From positions 1 to 64,000 of the forward strand of contig CDROCS010000412.1 of the NCBI GenBank assembly GCA_977020255.1: a DNA stretch of 64,000 bases, written 5' to 3'. Shown piece after piece: positions 13,302 through 24,875 of the stretch. Position numbers and translations under genes: made by a program. The DNA is from Obrimoposthia wandeli. Its lineage: Eukaryota. Position 1 is the first letter of the stretch. Each line of letters opens with the position of its first letter. The notes beneath the pieces were generated by a model. That model was not told the DNA's origin. It was given only the letters and a program-made list of their open reading frames with translations, and did no database searches.

Positions 13302-14528
13302 ATGGCTGAACATAAATTAAATGTTCCTTTAGACGCTTTCAATGGCGATAAATCTTCACTACCCGAATTTTTAAATAGATTTGATTCATTTGCTCAGGCA
13401 TTTGAATGGACTAATGTAGAGAAACTTAGGGTTTTTCTGGCGTATTTAAAAGGCACTGCCTTAACAATTTATAGAGGATTAAATAATGAACAGAAAGACA
13501 CATGGGACCATTTAGTTCAGAATTTTCAAAATATGATTTTAGGTGCACAGTCTGAATAAAATTACCTTAACCAATTTAGGCAACGTGAACAACATTTGGG
13601 AGAACCCACAAATATTTTTGCAGTTGAATTACGAAGATTAGCCTTAAAATCATTTCCCGGAATTGAGGAAGTCTTAAGAGAACGTTTGCTCCTACATCAA
13701 TTTCTATACGGGCTAAACAGTAAAATAAAAAATCACCCAGCACTACTAGAAGTAGAAAATTTTCAGCAAGCTGTAAATAAGGCTCAACTTGTAGAAACAA
13801 GATTAAACATGTTACAACAATCTGAAGTTTCAGCATTAACCTTTGAAAAAATACAAAGACCAACAATACCACCAAATTTCAATCAAACTCAAAACTATAA
13901 CCCAAATACACAATCTAATTACCAAAGCCAACAACAATATACACCACCGACAAATAACTTTTATAGAAATCAAACAAACAGAAACTATACAGACTCACAA
14001 ATTACTCAAAGACCTTTCCAAAAATGTACAAATTGTGGACTGCAAAATCACACAATAGAGAATTGTTATAAAATAACCAACAACAAATTTTGTAGATTTT
14101 GTAAAAAAGACAATCATACTATTGAAACTTGCCGAAAATTGTTATACAGACAAGGTAATAATATAAGACCACAAAATAATAACTTTAATAATCTTAATAA
14201 TAATTTCAAAAATACAAATAGTAATTTTAGAAGCCCATATAATAATTTCAATAATTAAAATAATCAAGCTAAATATTTTAATACTAATACAAAATTTTGT
14301 AAAATTTGTAATATGAAAAATCACAATACTGATGAATGTAGCAAACTAAATACAATGATGAACCAATTTGGTAACACAACAATAAAACAACCACAACCAC
14401 AGAGTCAAAAAACAGTACAGTTTAACAATCAAAATCAACAATATGCTTACAGAAACCCAATACATACTATTGAAAACACTGATATAACTCAGGAAATTGA
14501 TGAGATTAAGGCAACAAGAAATAGATAA
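13302..14528 (+). CDS. gag: Gag (capsid plus three CCHC zinc knuckles), interrupted by one frameshift (~13558) and one in-frame TAA (14256..14258)
   Basis: FNGDKSSLPEFLNRFDSFAQAFEW capsid-like segment. Knuckles CTNCGLQNHTIENC, CRFCKKDNHTIETC and CKICNMKNHNTDEC (C-X2-C-X4-H-X4-C). Confidence 0.85.
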
Positions 14529-14624
14529 TCACTACAAAGAAACACATCAGCAATACCAAAACAATGAACAAAACACAAATAGTACCAACTCTCAATCCGA
14601 ATTCGGAGAAATATTTAGAAATGG

Positions 14625-16710
14625 TTGTCTAACATTAAAAAAAAGAACACTCAAACCACTCAAACACAAGATAAAAAATCGAAAAATAAAAATAAACGAA
14701 AAACACCAAAAAATAGTAAAAAGTCAACTATTAAAAATACATATAATTTTAACAAAATCATCCAGAATCTATGGAAAATAATTCAAATAATATTTATGAT
14801 ATGTATAATTACAAATATAATAAAACCAGTTAATGCCTTGGAAGCGTATGATTGCTCAAAATATAGTATTCGAAATAAATATTCCTTAATGGATTTACAA
14901 CAATGTGCTGATGCCGACCCTAACGAAGTAAAAATCAAAACCACCAAGTTATTCCATGTATATCAGGAAACAGATTTCATAAATACAGAAGTTTTCGAGT
15001 GTAGGGTACACGTAGAAACATTCATAACATATTGCGGACAACACAGCCATAATTCAATTGTCAAACCTGCACTAGGAAAAATACCAATAATTGTCGATGC
15101 ACTAAATTGTAAGGACGCTTTTGCAACAGGAGAACTAAGAATAGATAGAGAAATTAAAGTACGAGCAGTAAAAAATAAAATTATACAACAAATGATTACA
15201 GTAGTAGGAACAATAAAATCTGACGGTGCATGTACAATAGGCACATACGTTGTGATGGGAGTCAAACAAAGTGGCTTAGTAGTTAAAAAAAACTTTGAAG
15301 TAGAACTAAGAACGTTCAAGGCAACATTTGACCCATCTACAAATAATATGGTAACTATGCCATTTTGCGAAGCAAATATAGGTCATTGCAATACAGGATC
15401 CTCAATTTTATATTATAAGGTAAAAACAGACCAATGTAAATTAATACTCCTAAAATCTGAGATTTTTCAAATAATTCAAGGTCAAAGATTTAAAGATGAC
15501 CCGGAACTTGATCAAAGAGTGCCAAAAGATATACATAAAAAATATAGGACAAGAAAAATTCAAAAAACATCAACCCCAACTATTTTAATGTCTACAGAGC
15601 AAGGTTCTGGAATGCGATTTATTAAAAAGAAAGAGGAATCCCGATGTGGACACTCTATTTATACAACTAACTATAAAGGAATATATTTAAGTAAAGAAAA
15701 AATATATAATGCAAAAACGACACCAACAAAGTTTGACATAAAAAATTACGATTATTTTAATAATAAATTATTATTTTTATCACAAAGGATTAATGACAAT
15801 AGAAGCAATTTATAGAGAAACGATAATAAATGACTGTAAATTAAACCAAGAAATTTTGAAAACAAAATTGGCAATTATTGCTACAAATCCAGAATTAATA
15901 ACATCATTATTACCACTAGCTGATGGTACTTTTGGAAGAGTAATGGGAGAAGTGCTATATACTTATCAATGTAAAAAAGTAATAGTTAATATAAGAAATC
16001 ATAATAAATGCACTAAAGAATTACCAATTTCATACAAAAATCATTCATTATTCGTAGAACCAATCACCAGAATAATACTTTTTAATACATTCAGTATAAA
16101 GGAAATGAATTGCTCAAACATAATGGCATCTCATTATCAAATCTCAAAGGATATTTGGATATCACTCCCAAGAAGAGACATAGTTGCTCAACCATTAAAA
16201 TTACAATTAACCGACCTCAATAACGACATAGAAATAAAATCAGACAATGAACTCAATACAAAAGGTATATACATACAAGAAGACATAGACAAATTAAGAA
16301 AAGAAATTTTATTTCCTCAAATTAGATCACGAATTTTAACACAAATAATTGAAAGATCAGTACCAAATGGAATTGGCCGTCCTGATTATGATTTATTACT
16401 TTCTCCAAATCATTTCATAAAAGCTACACAAAATACAATGTCAAAAATATGGGGAAAATTTTTAATTTTTGGTCAAGCATTTTCTGGACTTGTGGGAATA
16501 TATGCATTGCTAATATGTTTTAAGATCCTTTTGAGTCAAATTTTATCTACATATTATATTTATAAAGTTGGTGGATTGACATGGAAACTAATTTTAGGAT
16601 GTTTTCCATTTTTGGCAAAATTTCTTATATTTAACCATCATCAAAATACAGTAAACGCATTATCAAACGAAATGCGAGAAAAAAAATTTACAAAAAATAG
16701 TAGACAATAA
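14625..16710 (+). CDS. env: Envelope glycoprotein of class III type (chuvirus G / herpes gB-like), split by one frameshift at ~15800
   Basis: Basic leader plus hydrophobic signal ending ..NIIKPVNA|LEAYDC. Cys-rich ectodomain. YFNNKL...IY...C...LAII..NP...GEVLYTYQC segment and C-terminal FGQAFSGLVGIY...IK hydrophobic anchor, as I recall for chuvirus-like glycoproteins. Confidence 0.75.
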
Positions 16711-19453
16711 AAATAAAGAGAATACAGAATCTGCACAATACCCCGATTTAGAAATATATAAAGAAGAAATAAAAGTTCAAAAATCAGCTGCACCAACAAT
16801 ATATACTATAAATCAAATGAATAATGATAGACGACCTTATGTAAAAATTGAAATAAATGAGTATAAATTAAAAGCTTTAATTGACACAGGATCAAGCGTA
16901 ACAGTTTTGGACGAGTCTTTCTTAAAACCACACCAAATATTAGTACTTCTCACAGATAATAGTCAAATAACAGCAGCAAACGGTCAACCCGTAAATATTA
17001 TTGGTAAATTAGATTGCATTTTTAAAATAGGAGATAAATTTATAAAAATACCTACTAGAATAATGAAAAATTGTCCATGTCAGATGATAATAGGAATAGA
17101 TACATTAAGGAAATTAGGAAACAATTTTCATTTCGACTTCGAGAAAAATCAAATTAAAGACATTTATAGACCAAACGCTAAAAGCGAATACGAATTGGAA
17201 ATAAAAGGAGATATCATCCTTCAACCTAGAACAGAAACAATATTACAATTAGAAACTAACATAGTTACAGAAAAAGACATCTTATTCGAACCTTATAAAT
17301 ATCAACAAGAAACACTAAATAACGTTCTACCAAATATAATTTTTAAAATAAAAAATAATACAATACCAATCAGAATACTAAATGGAGATATAAACGAGAT
17401 TCATCTAAAAGTAGGAACACGCCTTGGAAAAACAAGTGTTATAGAAAATATAGAATTAATTAATAATGAAAAAATAGAAGACAATATAACTGTAGAATTC
17501 GAAAATATTAGATTAAATGATTATGAGAAATCAAAATTAAAATCATTAATAGAAAAATATGACGTAATTTTTGCAAAAAATGAATATGACCTTGGACGAA
17601 CAGATTTAATTAAACATAACCTTCCGTTAACTATTAATACAGCAATCAAACAACGACCTTACCGTATCCCATACGCTTACAGAGAAGAAGCTCAAAGACA
17701 GGTAAAAGGAATGTTAGAGAATAAAATCATAAGAAGAAGTTTTTCAGCATGGACATCTCCAGTTGTTTTGATAAAAAAGAAAGATGGTTCACTGAGATTT
17801 TGCGTAGATTACAGAAAATTAAACGAGATCACACATAAAGACACATATCCGCTTCCAAGAATCGATGAAATCTTGGATATACTAAAAAATGCAAAAATAT
17901 TTACAACCTTAGATTTACAAAGTGGATATTGGCAGATAGAAATAGATGAATCAGATAAAGAAAAAACAGCATTCTCAACAGGAGAAGGATTATACGAATT
18001 TAACGTTTTACCTTTTGGATTAACAGGTGCTCCAGCAACATTTCAGAGATGCATGAGCCACATTTTGATGGACGCCGATCATGTCATGGTCTATATCGAC
18101 GATATTCTAATTTTTTCAAAAAATTTTGAAGAACATTTAAAAGATTTAGAAAATGTATTTCTTAGATTAAAAATAGCAGGTTTAAAATTAAAACCAAAAA
18201 AGTGTGAATGGATGAAAGACAAAGTGAATTATCTAGGTCACGCAGTATCTGCAAAAGGAATTCAACCAGATGAAAGTAATATAGAAAAAATAAAGAATTT
18301 TCCAATCCCAAAAACAATAAAAAATATACAAGAATTTTTAGGACTTGCAGGATATTATCGTAGATTTATCAGAAACTTTGCACAAATAGCAACACCATTA
18401 AACAAACTTATTAAAAAGGATGAAAAATTTGAATGGGAAACGGAACAACAAGAGTCATACGAGTACTTAAAACAAAAATTGATTGAAAAACCTATATTGA
18501 GATATCCTAATTTCAACAACTCGTTTCTAGTAATGACTGACGCAAGTGGATATGCGTTAGGAGCAGTACTAGGACAACAAGATAATAACGAAAAAGATCA
18601 TGTGATAGCTTACGCAAGCAGAGGTTTTAAAAAACACGAAATAAATTATTCAATAGAAAGAGAATGCCTCGCTATTTGTTTCGCAATGGAACATTTTAAA
18701 CATTACTTATTAGGTCGAAAAGTTCACGTTTATACTGATCAAAGACCATTACAGTGGCTACTAAATCATAAAGATACAACATCTAGATTAATGAGATGGG
18801 CGTTAATTCTGCAAAAATATGATATTGAAATTAAATATAGAAAAGGTAAATCAAATGCCAATGCAGATTGCCTATCTAGAATAAGAGAAGAAGTAAATGT
18901 AATAAATTCCAATGACACCGAATTAAATATTTTTACAATAATCAAGGCTCGATATGATGATAAAGTAATCACCGATCTTCAAAGCAAAGATACGGAATTA
19001 CAACAAATAATTAAGTACATCACCATCAATCAAGTTCCAACAGATGAAAAATTAAGAAAACATTTAAAAATTCATGAATCTCGTTATAAATTCAGTAACA
19101 ATATTTTACATTATTTAAACGATAAAAATCTGTACTCACTAGTTATACCTAAAGAAATACAATGCCAATTACTCCTTCAATATCATAACGGAGCTTTAGG
19201 AGGACATATTTCAACAAAAAAGACACATTCGAGATTAAATTTAAAATATTATTGGATTGATATGAAAGAAGATGTAAAAAATTGGTGTAATACTTGTGAA
19301 ATATGTCTTAAGAGAAAAAACACTTTACGTACCACAAAGATACCTTTAAAACCAATACGGTATCCATCAGCCCCCATGGAAACTGTTGCCATGGATGTAA
19401 TGGGGCCATTACCTGAAACACCCCGAGGAAATCGATATATAATAGTATTTTAA
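16682..19453 (+). CDS. pol: Pol: aspartic protease, RT, RNase H and integrase HHCC domain
   Basis: ALIDTGS protease, YIDD RT, MTDASG..ERE..YTD RNase H, HNGALGGH..CEIC zinc finger, first catalytic D (AMDVMG). The frame is open from 16682, upstream of ATG 16817. Confidence 0.95.
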   Translation, partial: KNLQKIVDNKNKENTESAQYPDLEIYKEEIKVQKSAAPTIYTINQMNNDRRPYVKIEINEYKLKALIDTGSSVTVLDESFLKPHQILVLLTDNSQITAANGQPVNIIGKLDCIFKIGDKFIKIPTRIMKNCPCQMIIGIDTLRKLGNNFHFDFEKNQIKDIYRPNAKSEYELEIKGDIILQPRTETILQLETNIVTEKDILFEPYKYQQETLNNVLPNIIFKIKNNTIPIRILNGDINEIHLKVGTRLGKTSVIENIELINNEKIEDNITVEFENIRLNDYEKSKLKSLIEKYDVIFAKNEYDLGRTDLIKHNLPLTINTAIKQRPYRIPYAYREEAQRQVKGMLENKIIRRSFSAWTSPVVLIKKKDGSLRFCVDYRKLNEITHKDTYPLPRIDEILDILKNAKIFTTLDLQSGYWQIEIDESDKEKTAFSTGEGLYEFNVLPFGLTGAPATFQRCMSHILMDADHVMVYIDDILIFSKNFEEHLKDLENVFLRLKIAGLKLKPKKCEWMKDKVNYLGHAVSAKGIQPDESNIEKIKNFPIPKTIKNIQEFLGLAGYYRRFIRNFAQIATPLNKLIKKDEKFEWETEQQESYEYLKQKLIEKPILRYPNFNNSFLVMTDASGYALGAVLGQQDNNEKDHVIAYASRGFKKHEINYSIERECLAICFAMEHFKHYLLGRKVHVYTDQRPLQWLLNHKDTTSRLMRWALILQKYDIEIKYRKGKSNANADCLSRIREEVNVINSNDTELNIFTIIKARYDDKVITDLQSKDTELQQIIKYITINQVPTDEKLRKHLKIHESRYKFSNNILHYLNDKNLYSLVIPKEIQCQLLLQYHNGALGGHISTKKTHSRLNLKYYWIDMKEDVKNWCNTCEICLKRKNTLRTTKIPLKPIRYPSAPMETVAMDVMGPLPETPRGNRYIIVF

Positions 19454-19481
19454 TTTACAATTTTACAAATTATATTAATTT

Positions 19482-20345
19482 ACAAGATGGCCAGAGGCTT
19501 TCCCAACACATGATCATAAGGCTGAAACCATCGCGAAGGTTTTAGTCGAAAAAATTATTTTTACTTTCGGTGCACCCCGAAAATTATTAACCGACAAAGG
19601 TCCTGAATTTATAAATAATGTATTAGAATCAATAGCTGAAATCTTTCACATTAAAAAGATCAATACAACACCATATCACCCTCAAACCGACGGATTAGTA
19701 GAAAGATTTAATAGAACCCTCGAAGATATGATGGCATCATACACAAACAACAACCAAACAGATTGGGATTTACACATACCCCCATGCCTTTTTGCATATA
19801 GAACATCAGTACTTGCATCTACAGGAGAAACACCTTTTTACCTTATGTTCCTCAGAGATCCTCAAATGCCTATTGATCTAACATTACTACAACCTACTAC
19901 ACAGTATCTAGAAATACCTGAATACAAAATAGAAATTAGAGAAAGAATAAAACTAGCATTTGAAAAAGCTAAATTATTTGTAAAAAAGATACAAGAAAAT
20001 TACAAAGAATATTATGATAGAAGAACTAAACCATCAAATATAAAAATCGGAAGTAAAGTAATGATTCACAATCCACAAATCAATGTAGGATTATCACACA
20101 AATTATCAAAACCATACAAAGGACCATATACAGTTATTAGTACCAATGGAACTAACATAACAGCCAAACTCGACAATGAACCAAAATCAAAAGAAATAAG
20201 AACACATATAAACAGATGTCGAGAAATACCAGAGGAAAATACAAAAGTAAAAAATCACAAATATAACTTAAGATCAACTAACAATAATACTGTTCTACAA
20301 ATGTTAACTATAAAAACTCACAAAAACAAAACAAGACTAAATTGA
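19482..20345 (+). CDS. pol: Integrase catalytic core and C-terminus, after a frameshifting insertion at ~19451-19481
   Basis: TRWPEAF...LTDKGPEF...TTPYHPQTDGLVERFNRTL, GPY motif (KPYKGPY), and YNLRS end. Confidence 0.9.
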   Translation, partial: TRWPEAFPTHDHKAETIAKVLVEKIIFTFGAPRKLLTDKGPEFINNVLESIAEIFHIKKINTTPYHPQTDGLVERFNRTLEDMMASYTNNNQTDWDLHIPPCLFAYRTSVLASTGETPFYLMFLRDPQMPIDLTLLQPTTQYLEIPEYKIEIRERIKLAFEKAKLFVKKIQENYKEYYDRRTKPSNIKIGSKVMIHNPQINVGLSHKLSKPYKGPYTVISTNGTNITAKLDNEPKSKEIRTHINRCREIPEENTKVKNHKYNLRSTNNNTVLQMLTIKTHKNKTRLN

Positions 20346-21622
20346 GTCATCAAACTAGAAATACAATAAAAATGTCAATAAAAGAAATATGTAAAATAAT
20401 GATGTTATTAATAATATATTTTACAGTAAAAAGTAACATAATAAAAGTAAATGCTATAAATCTGAATGAAAATCAATTAATAGTAAAAGACGAAATACAT
20501 AGATACGACTCATCAACACATCTCATAAAAAAATTTGGACTAATTACAATAATACCTGAAATCACATCAATAAAGTTAAAAATATCACTCTTTACAAAAA
20601 AATTAGGAAGAATTCAAATAATACAATCTGAAAAAAATCAAATAATAAATATTTACAAAATCGAATCAAAAAATTATATAATACCATTTTTAAGAACAGA
20701 AACACAATACAAAATAAGAGTTAAGTCAAATTAAAAAAATATAACACTCTATGAAAGAATTATAGAAACTCACTTATACTTAGCCTCAATATTAAAAACA
20801 ACAGCAAAATATATAACAAAACATCAAATCATGATAAATTGGGAATTTCAACTTAAAATAGATAATTTAGATAAAACCCTCATTAGAATTAGATATAGAG
20901 GATATAATGATCATTTTTGGAAAGACGCAGAAAAACAATTAGAAAAAACACAAATCAGAACAAATATAACTATAAAAAATATAAGATATCCAGAAAAAAT
21001 AATTATGGATAATAGAGAATGTGTAATTACTAACAAACCCATAATGTATAGACAATGGGGACAACAATTTGAGACTTGTAAAAACCTAACAAACTTAAGG
21101 ATTTTAGGAAATAAAATATCCAAATTATACCAACCTACGATTTATTGTTGTCAATGGTCAGTAATTACAATTAGGAAAAATATCAAAGAAACAACCATAA
21201 AACAAATATCACATACTACAACATTCACAACAAAGACTTATGAAATTACAAATCAAAATATTATCACAGAAAATAAAACAATTAACAAAAAATTAAAAAC
21301 AACAGAAACAATGCTCTATAAATCATTTAATAAAAGTCTAAAAATACACTTTAGTAAACAAAAATACTCAAAAAATATAAATAACAAGGAATTTTTTATA
21401 ACAATCATAATAATCGAAACCTGCACATTAATCATAAAAATAACATGGAAGATCATTAAAGTAAAAAATAATACAATTTTCAAAAATCATTATCGGACTA
21501 AGTATTGTGAACCACCTGGCCCATTTATGACACCCATCATTCCTAGCTCTTCAAACTCATCTAACGTGTCAATAAATACAATAATTGAAAATAATAAAAA
21601 GAAAATAGAAATTTTTTTATAA
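20342..21622 (+). CDS. Type I membrane protein with FN3-like ectodomain, one in-frame stop (20732..20734)
   Basis: ORFs 20342..20734 and 20831..21622 share a frame, and only the TAA separates them. Signal peptide ..NIIKVNA|, YIIPFLRTETQYKIRVKS and INWE..IRIRYRG FN3-like motifs, Thr-rich stalk, TM FFITIIIIETCTLII, short tail. Confidence 0.55.
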
Positions 21623-21776
21623 AATTGTCATAAGAAATACATGAAATAAAATACTAAAATAAAAACTAATCATAAAATAAAGTAATTATAATGTAGATAA
21701 AGGAAAGTGCGTATGTGTTTAGTTTAAATAGAAGATAGTAAAAAGTAAACTTAAAAACTTATTAACATTTTAGAAA

Positions 21777-22085
21777 ATGAGAAATTCAAAATTAGTACAA
21801 AATAATAGAAGAAGATATAAGAGACAGAAAAAATGGGAAAATAAATTGTTGATAGAGAATATAAATCTGAGATCGCATTTAAAAGACAAGGAAATGGAAT
21901 GTGAACGAATGAATAATGCTTTTAACGTGGCAATTGAAAGATTGGAACATAGCCAAACAAATCAGGAAATACTAGTACAAAGACTCAGAGAAGCATTAAA
22001 TTCACTAATATCCTTACGATCAATGGTGAATCACTTGATGGGATTCCAACATATAGAAAGCGACGATTCTGGATGCGACAATTAG
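21777..22085 (+). CDS. 102-aa basic/coiled-coil accessory protein inside the retroelement
   Basis: Intact ATG ORF with RRRYKRQKK followed by heptad-like helix; no family recognised. Confidence 0.45.
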   Translation: MRNSKLVQNNRRRYKRQKKWENKLLIENINLRSHLKDKEMECERMNNAFNVAIERLEHSQTNQEILVQRLREALNSLISLRSMVNHLMGFQHIESDDSGCDN

Positions 22086-22457
22086 TAAATTCCCCAGTTA
22101 GTAGAGTAAAAATCATTTAAGAAAAGAACAAGAATGAAATCAGAATTATGAGCATGTTTTTATTTTTTTTTGAGAAATTGGTGTTTATTGAAGGGGAAAT
22201 AAAAATCACTTGAGTAAAAAACGATAAGTAAAAATATAATAGTGTTAAATAGTGATATAATGTAATGAAATAAACTTAATATCTGTAAATAAACATATTC
22301 TTACATACTGTCATTTTAAAAACTCTTAATTTTTTTGTTGAACATTGAAACAAGAACACAATATGAAAATCAGACTTTAATTTTTGAGAACAATAATATT
22401 TTATTCTTGCATGAACTCTGACATCTTTATTTTTATTTCTGATTGTGTGCTTTACAG

Positions 22458-23586
22458 ATGGAACAATCAAGCTCAAACCCCCATTTGAATTGGCAGGTTG
22501 TTCCGCGGGGAAAGAGAGAAAAGTCAATAGTACTAGCAGATAAACGACCTGAAATGGCAAAAATGGCTAAATTCCTTTATGGAAAAATAAGACAATTCAC
22601 CACTTTTTTCTTTAATATGGCCAAAAACGTTTGAAAATCAAACACAACTTCCTAATAGGATTAAGCTCAGAGATACAATTAGAAGGAGCATAATCCTAAA
22701 CTATAACAATAAAAAATCTACAGATAGAAGACTGTTAGATATTATTAAACCCATCCCAACATGCACAGATATTGAAATCCATATGGCAAAGGACCGCGGT
22801 TTCTTACGGCATAATAAATGCAAAAAGTTTAGCATTCTCCTTTTACAAAATCATTCCTATAGAATAAAATGGCACCAAGTCACACCAGACTATAAAATTC
22901 ACTTACCCAATGGCCATAATATATTATTCATAGAGCAAAACATCCAACCCAAACCTGTTCAAGTTTGCCACTTAACAGTCACCCCCACTAGTCCACAGTT
23001 ATTTTTTGTCGATTGCGAAATGGTGAGAAAAATGAATAACCAACAAACCTTAGCCAGTATCACCATAATGGACAAAAGTGGAAAAATCATATTAGACACA
23101 CTATGTAATAGCCAAGACAGAATCAGGTCTTACGTCACATTTAAGACGGGACTAACCGAGAATAAACTGAGAAACCAACCTGATTCTAAGGAGATAGTGA
23201 AACATGTTCAGTCTTTATTAAGAGGCAACATCTTCGTTGGAACGGGAATTGTTAACGACCTAAAAGTGTTAGGATTGAAAAAAGATGATTTTTCAAAGAT
23301 TGTGGACTTGGGCGCAACAAAAACCATTCTACAAGATATGAATCGTCGTGAACAGGCGGGATTAGCAGGAATGGTTAAATTCTTTTTTAATAAGATCATC
23401 CAAAAAGATACCCACTCTAGCCTAGAAGATACCACATGGACTAGACAAATTTTCCTTTTTAAAGAACAAGAACTGCTAAAAGAATGTGGTTTGACCGTCT
23501 CTTTTCCCCGCGTAACCAACGCTAATTTTCCTGTCGTAACCGAGGTTATAGATCTCACCTCCTCTGATTCCGAGGATGATGATTAG
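22458..23586 (+). CDS. DEDDh 3'-5' exonuclease (REX4/ISG20-like) with N-terminal extension
   Basis: FFVDCEMV (ExoI D,E), VGTGIVNDLKVL (ExoII D), THSSLED (ExoIII H,D). The frame of the 22783 ORF is open back to 22591, and one extra T in the 22604..22609 run would join it to ATG 22458. Confidence 0.85.
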
Positions 23587-23918
23587 TGGTAGGAATTTTT
23601 TTTTTTTTTTCGTCAAAGTGTTTCGAGAGAAATCAGGATAAATGAAGTTTTTAAAAAGTAAACACTACTAAGTTAATCGCATTGTGGTTGATTTTTATCG
23701 AAACACTAAAGAAAAAATAGATGTTTTTTCTTGCCTGAGTATGCTCAACGTTATATGATATTATTTTACTTACAGAACTCGTGTTTGGTAACAATAATTG
23801 ATGTGTAATAAATATATATATATATTTTTTTTAGATAAACAATTACCAAAAAACTATAACAGTTTATTTTCTTTTAATTACAACGTCAGAGGTCTGACTT
23901 GGTTTTCCCCCATAGGAT

Positions 23919-24875
23919 TGTTGGGTTGTTAATTAAAATAATTAATTTTTGTCAATTTAATTTGACATTTAAAAGTAATCTAAAATGCCCACAATTAGGG
24001 AGGTTTTCAAATTCAGCCTCCGACGGGGTGGTCCCGTTTCGCCTTGCCAGGCTCATCAGGAAGGCGGCTAGTTTTTTTTGATAGAGATAAGAAAGTGGTT
24101 TTGACCACCAAAGATTTTTTCCGCCCAGAAAAGACAGCGGATGTGATTGCGGTTTGATGCAATCTGGCTGATCATCATCATCATCATCATCATCATCCTC
24201 ATCCATCATCCTATCGGTCAGCATCCACACAGTCACTTCTATCCTGCCTTCCTCGGATGCAGTTGATGGTGCATCGCAGAAATTGTGTGTGCAACGGAGA
24301 TCGATGCAGTTCAATCCACCTGATTGCAATGGCTTTGCCAATGCCACATGCTTGCCGATTGCCGCGGGATCTTCCTCTCAGCCTACATTGACAACAGTAA
24401 CAGCAGTGAAAGAGACATACACACAGATTATCCGTTTCACCTGTTGCTGCACATCCTGTGTACTGCTGTCATTTCACATCTCTGGCCTTTACACAAGTCC
24501 ACAATCTGTCGGCTACTGCATATTGATTGATTTTTGGCAGAGGATGGAGGCTGTGTGTTGACTTTACACTTTTGATATATAAAATGCAATTGGGATTTTG
24601 TCAAGACAGAAACTGATTTTATCAAATACACAAAAATTATTATAAAAATATTTTCAGCAAACAATTGATTGAAATCAACAATTTGATATTACAGAAACGA
24701 AGTTATTTCATCAACAATTTGATATTACAGAAACGAAGTTATTTCATCAACAATTTGATATTACAGAAACGAAGTTATTTCATCAACAATTTGATATTGC
24801 AGATTCAATTAATAAATTAGATTTTGATCATTATTTGATTTTTGGAGGGATTAACCACATATACCATTTATAACA
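23919..24875 (+). repeat. 3' LTR (957 bp)
   Basis: Near-identical to 10430..11383, ends TATAACA followed by GATT. Confidence 0.95.

Larger units (their letters stand above)
10430..24875 (+). mobile_element. Full-length envelope-bearing Ty3/gypsy LTR retroelement, 14,446 bp
   Basis: Paired TG..CA LTRs, 4-bp TSD GATT (10426..10429 and 24876..24879), PBS, gag, PR-RT-RH-IN order typical of Ty3/gypsy. Confidence 0.95.

Noticed and set aside
15530-15570. KKYRTRK as a furin site in Env
   Set aside because: Does not fit R-X-K/R-R.
16676-16692. A AAT TTA as a programmed -1 frameshift from env into pol
   Set aside because: The shift needed is +1; the heptamer is phased in the pol frame, so a -1 slip leads away from pol. 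A homopolymer error or mutation is simpler.
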